From the NCBI GenBank assembly GCA_046563655.1, contig CM102289.1:4836001-4900000 (forward strand): DNA of 64,000 nucleotides, given 5' to 3'. Numbering within the stretch: position 1 is the stretch's first letter; each line of letters opens with the position of its first letter. The DNA comes from Yuukianura sp. NJ FZ-2021 (taxonomy: Eukaryota). Under the pieces are notes generated by a model. That model ran no database searches, had not been told where the DNA came from, and saw only the letters and a program-made list of their open reading frames with translations. The position numbers and the translations under genes were made by a program. Shown here piece by piece: positions 46,316 to 58,159 of the stretch.

Positions 46316-49120
46316 ATGTCTCAATTTCTTTTAATTTTCTTGTTCATTTGCAACTGCGTTTCACAGGAAACGGATCTAGTAAGTGAATCGATTAACTTAA
46401 GCCCTTTTAAATTCTAATGTCTTAAATTCAATTTTAAGGTCAAAGGTCAACCATTTCATTTTTGATTTCAGGAAATGTTTCAGATGGAAGGAGTTGACTG
46501 GGAGGTTTTCGAAGGGATTCCGCCGTCAATTGACAAATCTAAATTGGAATCTTTTGAGCTAAGCAAAGTCAATTTGGACACCAACGTTTTACTAAGAGAA
46601 CTAGAGCAGTGTCCAAATTTGAAAACTCTGAAATTGACCAATTTAAAATGGAACGGGCAGTTTGAATCAAAAATTGAGCTTCCGAACCTCTCAAGCTACA
46701 CAGTCGTTCTGCCCGAAAGCAGACCATGCGCATTCAACACCATGACAGACTTCATGTCCATTCTCTTCTTCATTCCTGTCAAAGACATGTCACGTGGACG
46801 GGCCAAAACTTCCTGGATAAAGTCTTGGAAACTGGACAGTCGCTTTGAGTTGATTCACATCGCATGCGCCGTAGAGGAGTCAGACGCAGCAGGTTTCATG
46901 GACGAAAAACCGCGGGCACCAGAAACGCTTGTGCGCATCTCCACTGGACAGGATCTGATTGTCAACAATGTCCATTTTGATCTTCTGGAACATCTTCTAG
47001 GCTATGAAGATTTCATCAAGATTAGCTTCACCAGAAGCTATCTCAATGTCGCCCTTATTGAAAAGCACAAGCTGACTCTCCTTGAACTCACATTGGATAA
47101 CATCGACAACTTGAAATCAGCACGGGAGTTGCGCAATGTTCTCGTTGTTGCCCAGTACGTCAAGTACTTGGAAATGAGTCTCAGAATTCCCAACTTACGA
47201 TTTGACCTCTCACTGTTTGATTCTCGAAGTCTCAAAAATCTGCGCGTTTTTAATCAAAACAACGCTTTAGAAGTTTATGGAAACTCGACTTTTTATAAAT
47301 TGAGTCACATGGAACTCGGAAGTTCCGGGAAAGGAACTATGCTCAACACGGTTCTGGTTGCACCGAAACTCAAAAGCCTCAATTTGTACAACGCCTACTT
47401 TTCTCGCGTCGTGAATGCCAAGTTGGGAATGCGGAGTCTTAAAACGCTGGAAGCGTTTACATGTGGCGAAATGAGTATTGATATCAGTTCTCTACCATCA
47501 GAATACCTCAACCGAGTCGAATTCGAATCCTACTCAAGAGTATTCCAAAGTGAGCAGACATCGTACTTCCCAAAGGTCAAATCTGTCAAGATTGATGCCA
47601 GTTGTAACCTGGACCCGTCATTTGTCAACAACTTTTCAAAAACATTTCGCAACGTACGCAGTGTCATTTTCACGGGTTCAAGAACTACGAAAATCTCTCC
47701 TCAACTTTTCTTTCAAGTTTTGAATACTTCTGCCGTTTATTTCGCAAGTCGATTCAATCGACTTCACTTTCGAAGCCTTGACCCCTCTGAGGTCACTGAA
47801 GATGAAAAGAGGGCGGAACAACTTTTGACGGAATTTGGCGTACCGGAAGACTATTCTCCGCCTGGAATAATTTTGATTCGAGATTCCAAATATGCGCAAT
47901 GGAGTTGGTCTTATGCAAAAATTTCAACATGGGACAGGTTTTTGAATTTCTTTTACCCCATTTCCATTGGGGTAATATGCGCCTTTGGACTGGCGGGAAA
48001 TATTTTGACGACGATTATTTTGTTTAAAAAACCAATTGAGAGTTCAACAACGTGCATTCTACTTTGTCTCACACTCTGTGACTTTGTAATGATTTGTGCC
48101 ACAATTAATCTGATACCGTATTCACTTTCAAATGGATTTCGATACAGAAACAAAATACCGCATCACATTTTCCCGTCTGACCTCCTCTTTCGGCATTTGG
48201 AAGTTGTTCTTTTCTATCCCATAAGAAAAACGGGTAAAAAACAAGAAATTCTTTTAAAATTGGAGTGATTTCCAAAAGAAAATCTTTTTTCTAATTTGTA
48301 GCATACACGGGATCAGTTTACACCACGGTGTTGATAACTTATGAACGGTTCATTGCCGTTGCATTTCCATTGCACGCCAAACGGCTCGTGTCAATCAAGA
48401 GATCCAACATCTACTGTGCCATCATTCTCATATCGGCCGTGATTATCAACCTTCCGCGATGGTTTGAATCTTACAGTTTGTATGACACGGACAAGTCCAG
48501 AGGTCATTTTTCAGAAGTGAGTCTTCTGAGCTCACGTGACTATCGCAAGTACTATCACGGATGGGCGTGGACAATCATCATCTACATCTTACCGGTTGTC
48601 CTAATTGCCAGTTTCAATACAACAATTTACTTCAAGGTATTTAACAGCCGAAGCTGCGCAAATCTCACTTTAGAAAATGTTGGGATTTTCAATTTTTATT
48701 GGTTTATTTTAGGTGATGTTTGCGACAAGAGAGCGTCTTCGAATTAGTTCGAGCGGCGGGAGGGCGCCATCTACAGGCGTGGACATGAACCTGACTCGGA
48801 TGCTGATTTGCCTAGTGCTGGTTTTTGTGGTGCTGAACCTAGTGAGTGCAGCGATTGCACTGTACCACACTTTGTTTGAATTCCACATCGTGTCGTTTTA
48901 CTGGGACAAGGAAAAGGACATGTCAGAGATAGAAGTCGTCGCCTGTCTCCCTGTCCTCATCAACTCCGCTGTCAACTTCATAATCTACTGTGCAATGGGC
49001 CGGAAGTTCAGACAGGAGTTCATCAAACTGTTCCCAAAGAGGCTCGTCGCACTCTGCCGCAAAGCACCACACTCAACCAAGTCACCCAGACCTTCCGCCA
49101 TCTCTACTACACACTCCTAG
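46316..49120 (+). CDS. Signal peptide + LRR-like ectodomain + FMRFamide-receptor-like class A GPCR (about 855 aa)
   Basis: Exons 46316-46378, 46472-48233, 48302-48636 and 48713-49120. CPNLKTLKL / PKLKSLNL repeats, then FGLAGNILT, TGSVYTTVLITYERFIAVAFP, NLPRWFE and INSAVNFIIYCAMGRKFR. Confidence 0.85.
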
Positions 49121-49261
49121 GTCAACGCTATCAAATCATAGATTTAATGTAATTATCAACTTTACTCATGCGCAATTTGTCAAATTTGAGATGTGTGAAA
49201 ATAAAAATAGAACACAAATACTAACATGTCAATTTGAGATGTATCTCGCCTAATGCGCTTT

Positions 49262-49402
49262 TAAATATATAGTATATATTTAAAAAATATATATAGTATA
49301 TATTTAAAAAAAATACATAGTATATATTTAAAGAATATACATAGTATATATTAAAAAAAATATAGTATATATTTAAAAAAATATAGTATGTATTTAAAAA
49401 AA
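49262..49402. repeat. AT-rich minisatellite (about 23-bp unit TATATAGTATATATTTAAAAAAA, about 6 copies)
   Basis: Directly visible tandem array downstream of the GPCR. Confidence 0.85.
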
Positions 49403-49847
49403 ATCGAAATACGTTGAAATATTTGTATTTTTAACATTAAGGGCATGGTAAAATCAATACATATTTTTTTGTCGAAATCTTTTTTTTCAAAATTTTTATG
49501 TTCAAATTTTTCATTTTGGGATAACTTTAGGCACAACCTAGAAGTAGCAAAGAAAAGCTTCTGCATCTGTGGTATTTTTTAATTCAAAAATTCACTGGAA
49601 AAAAAATTTTTTTTTCATCATTTTCATCAATATCTGAAGGAATAGTTATTAACACTTCACCGCTATTCACGATAAAGGAAAAAAAAATTAAATTTCTATT
49701 TAAACATTTGTGAAGAAAGATTTATTAAATTCATGAAACTAAACTTTTTTTTCAAAAGTTAAGTTTTTGAAATTAAAATCCATTGTATTTCAACAATTTT
49801 GACCAATTTTTTTACGTCATGTTAAGCTAACTGTAAGTCGTTAAAGC

Positions 49848-50610
49848 TTAACCAACCCAACCAGAACCACCCAACAGGCTTCCTAGAACGTTTGATTTCA
49901 TTGATTGAACATTTTCCATCACTCCGAAATCTTCCGTCATATATTGCTTTGAAGGATATCGGTACTTTGCCCCAAATGGTACCACATTTATTTGACCCCA
50001 CATTCCGTTTTTGCAGTTCAAACTAGTTGGCCCAGTTGTATCGCAGTGATAAGTCACAGTCTCCTGTTTTTAAATTTTTAAAAAGTCATGCTAGGTTTTC
50101 AAGAAAACAAAATTGATTGGTTAAGGCTAACTTTTACGTACGACTTTGTTAAAAGTCTGTCTATAGACATATCCAGATTCTTGATACCCTGAAGTGAATA
50201 ATCCCAAATTTTTCTTTGCTCTGTCGCCAAGCCATCTACATTTGTCTTTGAAGCTGATTGATTTCGTCACGGTGTGAGGCACTTTCACACCGTGAGCTCC
50301 AGTCTCCAAATATGCCCCTAAAATCAAGGTCAGCTAAGGTCATCCTGTTCAAAACGTTTTGACCCGATTATGTTATTGGAAATTACATCTCCAGACGACA
50401 GTGTCTCCAACATTGATTTCTTGAAATTGGGGATCATAGGCCAATCCAGGCCCAACGATTACAGTAACCTCGTTGCCGTATCCCAACGCTGTCAAAGATT
50501 TTAGGAAAAATATTGAAAAATTAATTCAAACTCTTTTTTTTTCGTGTAAACTTACACGGACTTGGCGCCAGTAACACGAAAATAGCAACCACGACGCAAG
50601 GAGTTTTCAT
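49848..50610 (-). CDS. Secreted cupredoxin-like protein, copy 3
   Basis: Same exon structure; PHTVTKSISFKDKC and YHCDTTGPTSLNCKNGMWGQINVVPFG. Confidence 0.78.
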
Positions 50611-51234
50611 GGTTTTGGAAAATCCGAAATCACTTTATTGAATATTTCAGTGATCGCAGTTGTCAAAAGCTACTCTCAGGGTCGTTGTATTTATAGCAAA
50701 CTCATACCTGTTCCTATGCGGAAGATTCAATTTCAAGCTTCATTTAATTGATAACAATAATAATAATCATAATTTAATTGGTTAATTGCATAATCGGATT
50801 GACCACTGCATGCAAAGTAGGATAAGGAGTTGGATCTTCACCTAACACAAATATAGGTGTCAAATGTAGTAACCGCATTGTGGTTACTATTGTCAAATGT
50901 CCTTGGTTTCTATTTACATGATTTTTTAGAAAAATTGAAAAAAATAAATGGAAAGAAAATTACTGTAGTTTTAAACTTACATAGTACCGTGTTTCCTTGC
51001 CTATAATGCTCGCATTGTCTACGAAAGGAAGAGTTCTCCAGAAAACTAAAGATCTTCATCGCTAATTATATGCAGGAATTGTTTGGGAAAGAGATTGGGT
51101 ATTATAACGTGAGTTCCAACAAAAGGCAACGGAATGCGGTAACTTAAAGTAACGTGCACTACCCTATTCTTATTCTTTAGGAATTTCAAGAAAGCTCAAC
51201 CATTTGTGTTGTGAAATCATCGTCCGAAAGTTGT

Positions 51235-51375
51235 GCTCGTCGCACTCTGTCGCAAAGCACCACACTCAACCAAATCACCCAGAACTTCCGCCATCTCTAC
51301 TACACACTCCTAGGTCAACGCAACCCAAATCATAGGCTTAATGTAATTATCACCTTTACTCATGCGCAATTTGGT
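51235..51375 (+). repeat. Duplicated 3' end and 3'UTR fragment of the GPCR gene
   Basis: Near-identical to about 49042-49180 (GCTCGTCGCACTCTG...CACACTCCTAGGTCAACGC...CATGCGCAATTT). Confidence 0.85.
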
Positions 51376-51423
51376 CATAAAGGTAAAATAAATTATTGTA
51401 AACCTCCCTGTGTAACTCTTAGT

Positions 51424-54400
51424 TTAGGGAGTGTAGCCTGGGGGAAGGCGCAGCAGGAGGTTGGTGTTTGTTGCGTCGACGCAAGTAGGTTTGTGCTTAA
51501 TGACTGCGCAGAAGGTGTACTCGTTCCGAGAGCATTTGGTGTGACAGGGGTCGCCACAGACCCCGTGGAGACACGCCAGATTTTCGGGACAGTCGTGGTC
51601 TCTGAAGCACTTCGGAGTACATGCAGGAGGAATTCCGTTGTAGCCTAAGAATTAATTGCGAAATTTTGATTTTTGCAAAAGTATTGATTTTTTTAAGATA
51701 GCAATGAATTTGAACATGCCTGGGAGGCAGTGACACACTGCCCTTTGTCGACTGATGTGACAGGATGCCATTGTGCCGCAAGCTTAAAACAAAAAAACAA
51801 TGTTACATGATTTCTCAAGATTTTGAGCTAACTGTTTGGTGAACTTACGGCTGGGGTCACATGGGGTTATCTGTCGTCGATTTACCAAACTGTAAGGCCC
51901 TGGATTGTCAAATGCATGAATGCAAAATGTTAATTTTGGTAAATAATTTCAAAATTCCCACTCGTTTTAAAATCGGAAGTTTTGGGGAATACCTGTGTGC
52001 CCAACTGTGGCATTTTTCTGTTCATCAGATGAGAAACAACGTTTCCATGGTTGACCTACATTTGGACACCAGCATGTTGCCCGATGTCGCTTGGCTTCGC
52101 ATTTTGCCCCAGTGTGCATTGCACATACATGGTTGCACGGACTCACGCAACTTTTGTGCAACCCGCAACTCATGTCGTCCGGACAGTCTGCATCCGTCTC
52201 ACACTCATCACCCTCAACTACAAAGTTTCAAATAGAAAAACTTCTACTGCAAAACCAAATTTTTACTTTTTATGTTGAATTTGATCTTTTCAAAATTTAC
52301 ATGGAGGTCTTGGTGGCATTTTCGAGCAGTAGTAATATGGGTCCCCACTCCAGCCTGAGGGGCAATAGCATGATGGGATGTGATTTCGAACTGAAACCAA
52401 AAAATTACTTAAAATATTCAAAAAGTTACTAATGTTATTAAAATTTTGAGACGAAGAAAATGTAAACTTTTTGTTTTTCTTACTGATGCACTCTGCTCCG
52501 TGACCACAAGTGCCCATGCAAGGTGACTGACAGCGCATGCTTATGCAACTCTCGGTCGATGGACATTGCGTGTCGTTGAAACACCGTGCCAAGTTTTCAG
52601 GTGGTTTTACTTTGACGCAGTTGACAAAACCATCACCTTCGTAGCCTAGTAAATACAATATTATAATAATAATTTAAATAATATAATTAAAATAATAGAG
52701 TTTACCTTTGAGGCATTTGCAAATTGGTTCAGAGTTTTCTACTACGCAGACGGCATTGCTTGTGCAGTGAACTGTGGTGCAAACGTGGACGCAACGTCCT
52801 TTGACACACGTCTGATCGCTTTTTAAGCACTCATCTCCCGATGCACAAGCACGACAATTTGGTGGGTTTCCAACCTGTACAATTTTTGAAAAAATATTGA
52901 ATTTTTAAAAAACTTTTCAAAAAAATTGATCTGTTTACATGTCCTTGCAAGCATCGGCAAACTGGGCCAATGGTGGATTCGATACACTGAGAGTTCTGGC
53001 CACAAATTCGATTAGGATCACGTCCGCAATAAGAACCTTCAACATTTCATGTAATATGTTTGAATGAAATATAATTAAAACTATAAATTAAAATGTTGTG
53101 TATATATATGTTGGATATGTGTTGAGTTGAGTAGGCTAGTCAGTTACCACTGTTGAGCAAACAGTTTCCATCGTCGGCTGCATAGGTGTTGATTTCACAG
53201 GAACATTTCGGTTTGTGTTCATTCACTTCGCATTTCTTCCACAATCCCTTGCAGAATCCAACACATCTTGACAAAAAATAGAATAAAAAATTCGCACAAC
53301 TTTTTCTAACTTGTATTAAAAAAATTGTTTTGAACACACGGATCTCTGCAGTAGCCATTAACACAAGCTTCCTCCCTTTTGCAATCAACGTCCAAGTTAC
53401 AGCGAGCGGCAATTTCATCTGTTACACAAAAGTTTCAAATTTTTAAATTCAAAATTCTGAGACGTCGAAGATTGAGAACATTTTAATGTCACCTTCCACT
53501 ACAGCTGCGCATGTGTCGAATGGATTCCCAGTGTAACCTACAAAGTTATCAAAATGAATTTCAAAATTCTCAAACTAAAACTTTAGTGAATTTAAAAAAA
53601 AGAGTATTTTATTTGAAAGTACCTGGTACGCAGACGCATGTGGCGTGATGGCGTACTACCCAACACTTAGCATTTGCCCCGCAAGTGACACCTTCACATG
53701 GATCTGTGCATTCGTTCTCTTTGCAAGCAAGTTCAGGAGGACACAGTTCATCATCGTTGCAAACGGCAGCTATTTAAAGTACCTTCTAAACTTGCAATAT
53801 CATCGCAATAAAACATTTAGCATGTAAAACATTTATTTATACCTTTGCATCTAAAGAAAGGATCACCTACGAAAAATGAAGAAATATCGTACAAAGCGTT
53901 TTGAAAATTTTATGAAAAGCTTTATTAGTGTTTTGGTACTCAGTCAGCAGAAAGTTTCTTCGAACCTGTAAATCCTTTCATGCATCTGCAAACTGGAAAG
54001 TGATTGATCACTTTACATTCAGCTCCCACTCCACAAATTCCTACGATCCAAAACGATTAAGTTACGTTTATTACAGCAATTTATGATATTTGTGTACCCT
54101 TCAGAAATTGATGATAAAGATACACTTACCAACACATGGGTTTTTACACAAGCCTCTAAAATTCAACCAAAAGTTAATTATAATTTCAATTCTTTAGTTC
54201 AGATAAAAACGCTGATTTTACTTGACACATGAAAGATGCGTCGGACAGTCAAGATTCTGAGCACATGAAAGAGGACGACATTTTGGAGGAGCGCTAGAAA
54301 ATTCCCAAAAAAGTGATTCTTCCAAAAAAGATTTTCAAAATTTTTCCAAAGCTTAAGCTCTCCGTATATTAATTAATTAAGTATTACCCAATGTGATGAG

Positions 54401-54789
54401 GTTGACATGCGCAGAGCACTGTTTGTGACGAGCTGTTTCCATATTTCTCTGCACTCGACGTGACCTTTGTGCTCTGGTATCTTTTGAGTCCTCTGCTGGA
54501 AAGTACCCTCGGGGGAACCTCCGCCTCTTCGTTCCACGGAAATGATTCTGAATCTTCGCTTCGTCGTTTTAAATTTCCAACTTCAAGGCACTGGCTAAAC
54601 GGTCCTGCAAATTTTTCAAAAAAAAAATCTCTTCTATCAACACAGTTTTTTGAATTTACACCGAGTAAGGTTACCACAAACGCCGGGATCTTGGCAAGGA
54701 GGAGATTTTCCAGCCCAAACACCAACAATTGTCCAGGAAAGCAGAACTGCACTGCGAATTGCAAAAACGAAAAATTTACTGAACTTCAT
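51424..54789 (-). CDS. Secreted EGF/DPY-repeat (dumpy-like) protein, many small exons
   Basis: Repeats such as CFNDTQCPSTESCISMRCQSPCMGTCGHGAEC..RNHIPSCYCPSGWSGDPYYYC and GDPF motifs; signal-like N-terminus; TAA at 51424. Confidence 0.75.
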
Positions 54790-55552
54790 TTTCGAAAATT
54801 GTAAAATTTGAACCTGGATTGAAGTGGTGGTTCAGCCACCAAACACCAAGTAAAAGTGGACGTAAGATCTGATTTGCTCTTGAGTAATTTCCTTAACTAA
54901 CTGGGAATAATTTGTAGTGGAATAACAAAACCGGTTAGAGGTCAAAACATGTTTCAAAGTTATTGAACTCCACTTCCGTTGAAATCCAACTTCATTTTCA
55001 AGCCTTACTCACACAAAAATTCATGCATGGCTTACCGAAGTATCTCTCAAAATAGTTATATTTAAAGTAATGACACTATTTTTTCTCATTTATCGTCTGT
55101 TCTTGTTTTCGTTTGCATTTGTGAACGAATAAATCAGTTTTGAACAATAATGCTGTCATTTGTTATTTTACAAAATGCTGAGCTTGACCATTTTAATGCT
55201 ACTGAAAATGTCCAAAATGGAATTGATATGCCTGTGTGAATTGGGCCATCGTCTTGCAAAAATGTTTATCTTAACCGAGTTGTAGAAAATGTGTGAAAAG
55301 TATATAAAAGACGCAAAAAAAAGTCAAAGGTCAAGTAGACTTTGTGGATATTCGCTAGTTTACGAAGTTTAAAAAAAAAGACCTAATCTCAAATACCATA
55401 TCCAAGCGTCTTAAAATGCATCGTCAGCACCCCATGACTCACTCCATATCCGAAATTGCAGTGTAAACTGCGACCGATTTTAGTCATCGTCTACCACAAT
55501 CAATTTGGAGCTAGGCAAACTCGTCACAAAGCTTCTAATAATTCAAAAGAAA

Positions 55553-56277
55553 ATGTCAAAAAGGTGATTTGAAATTTTAATTTACTTCACCTAATTACTA
55601 ATCAATTAATTTTAGATTCAATTTAATTAACTGTACTGAATTTACTCTAAAGCGAGCAAGTACAACAGTTTCCTGTTCTGAAAAAACGAATTTACTTGAT
55701 TGGCACACAGTCGAGTGGAAAGACTACGTTGGCCAAAGAGCTCCAACGTCACTTTGGTCCTTCCGTTCCACTTTTGGAAGAAACAGCGCGAAAGGTTTTT
55801 CGAAAAAACGGGTATCAGGCACACGAAATTGAAAGTTCGAGATGCATCGAGATTCAGGGGAAAATTATCGAGGCTCAGTTTGAAGCCGAAAAGGAAGTTT
55901 GTGCCAAATACGGTCACCAAAAGCCTTTCATTTGCGACCGAACGGGAGTGGACGCGTTGGCCTACGTCAGGAAGTACTGCCCACTTCCAGATTTGGACAA
56001 ATGGAGCCAGCTTATAGACATGGCGGTGTGGCAGGCGTTACATAAGAGGTACAGAGACACTGACAACGCCGTCGTAGTATTGGTTCAGCCTGCGCGTCAA
56101 TTTTTGAAAAACGATGGAGTTCGACTGATGCCCAAAACGTTTGAAGAGTTGGAGGAACTTCATCAAGTTTTTGTGGAAATTTTGAACATGTTCGAAATTC
56201 CTTTTCAAGCAATTGAAAATGACTGTGTTGAATTGGAGGAACGAGTTCGAAAAGTGGTGAATTGGGCGAGCGAATAA
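55553..56277 (+). CDS. P-loop nucleotide kinase-like protein (AAA_28/NadR-type)
   Basis: Short first exon ATGTCAAAAAG|gt, then RIYLIGTQSSGKTTLAKEL, LLEETARKV, ICDRTGVDALAY and DGVR. Confidence 0.78.
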
Positions 56278-56456
56278 GAAGACAGATTTATGAAAATCTG
56301 ACAGGTATACTACAAAAAATTCCACATTTTATAAATGAAATTGTGTTTAAATGTTTAAAAAGTTTAATACCTATATGGTTCAGAGAGCAGCTACGATAAC
56401 AAAAATTAATAAAATAACGATTTTATTTCGTAAGAAATAAATCTCAAGATATAAAA

Positions 56457-57468
56457 TTATAACTGATTTGCTGAAAATGCGAAATGCAATATAGCTAAGG
56501 CGACAATGAGTAAAATTGGCGCGCTTTTGAAATTTGGCGTTCCGCTATAAGTCGGGATATATTCTCTGTATGGTTTTACTCCAAGACATTCCTCAATACC
56601 GACAATTCGATATCCAGTGGTCGAAATGTAGTCTATGACCTGTCGTGTCAAATCGACAGAAATCGGAAGAGGATCATGCTGGAGGGAAATGTACCCTGGA
56701 GTGTCTTGTGGAACTGTTCCTTCCAGAGCGTTTTTGAAAAACTCGAGACTGTTGGTCACATCGAGTTTCCAATCTTCACTGTCAATGCACCAAAGAACAA
56801 CGTCATATCCAAGCTCGTCGTGGACAATGTAGCGGACATTGTCGTCCATTTCTCCGTTTGGAGGGCGAAAGAACACTGGAGCCACGCCTAAGATTTCACC
56901 CAGTTTGTCATATAAGAGGTCCAACTCTTCGTGAATTTTCTCTGAAGTGGCTCCGACGAGTGGATAATGTGACCAAGTATGAGAGGCGATTGTGTGACCC
57001 TGGAACAAAATGTTTTATACTTAGAAACCATGACCTTTGACCTTTGGTAGTAAAGAAAATTTCAACTAAAAGTTGTTTCTCACTTCGTCGTAGGCCCTCC
57101 GGACAACGGCTTGAGTGACTGGTTCGGTCAGAAATGGAGGGTAGTTGGCTCCATTGAGAAAGAACGTAGCAGAAACGTTTCTCTGTTTGAGCAAATCCAA
57201 CACCAGTTCAGTTTGACCTACGTTTACACCGTCATCTACAATCCCATCACAAAATTAGCAACATTAGCAAACAATAGCAAACGTTAGCAATCAATGTTCG
57301 CTTACCGAATGTCAAATGTATTGTTCCGTTTTGAATGCAGCGCCGGTAAGTCCAAGCGGTATCGTTTGGATTGGAACAGTATAAGTATGAATTCCTCTGT
57401 TGTGCGCAGACGCCATTGAAAACCATGAACACGAGAAACAGGCAAAGAACTATTGCTTTCGAAGCCAT
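56457..57468 (-). CDS. Secreted, probably GPI-anchored CE4/NodB polysaccharide (chitin) deacetylase
   Basis: Signal peptide; LTF|DDG, ATFF, GHTIASHTWSH, FFRPPNG, DSEDW, ISLQHD and EECLG; hydrophobic C-terminal tail; two introns. Confidence 0.9.
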
Positions 57469-58159
57469 TTTTTTAAAAAATATTTTCTCTAACCAGGAAT
57501 CAACTGATAGCAAACTTTTGTTTGTAAAAGTAGGGAAGAGGACCCAATATTTATGTAAGTGCACCACTTCCAGCGTCATTCATTTGATCTCTTTATCTTG
57601 TTTAAACGTCAATTGGCAGATTGAAAATTATTAATACGTCACAAGCGGATTTCAATTGTGCAGAAAAATTCCGTAGATGTTGATATCAATAGAAAGTGCT
57701 GATGACAGAACTTCGTTTCAACAGTTAATAGTTAGTGAGAAAATATGCTTTGTAATATGATAAAGTTCATAATTTTATGCAGGGTGTGTGGGTAGTGTAC
57801 CTAAGTACTATTACTCTTATTTTATGATTAATGTATGTCTAATTACTTTTTTTTTGTCTGCAATTAATTACTAACAATTTCGTATCAATTAACACTGCTG
57901 TACTAGGACGAAAAGTTATCAACTGCCATACCACTCTGAGACAAGCGACTTAAGCTGCATAAAACGCGGGAAAGTTCTTCATTTGAAAATGCCGCAATTG
58001 AAAAAGAGAATCGAAAATGTGATGAATTGATTTTGTTTTGTTTACATTACTTTCTGTTTTTGGTGGTTTCGGTTCTCGTTCATCGTTTTTCGTGTTCGTT
58101 TAACAAATTTAGTTGGTTATTTTACTACTTCCCTGTCAGGGTTTGGTGTAGTACTAACC

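Noticed and set aside
49262..49402. CRISPR-like array
   Set aside because: No unique spacers, eukaryotic context and no cas genes; it is a simple minisatellite.
36000..57500. Fungal or bacterial contamination as the source of the foreign-looking genes
   Set aside because: The genes carry host-like short AT-rich introns and are interleaved with metazoan GPCR and EGF/DPY genes.
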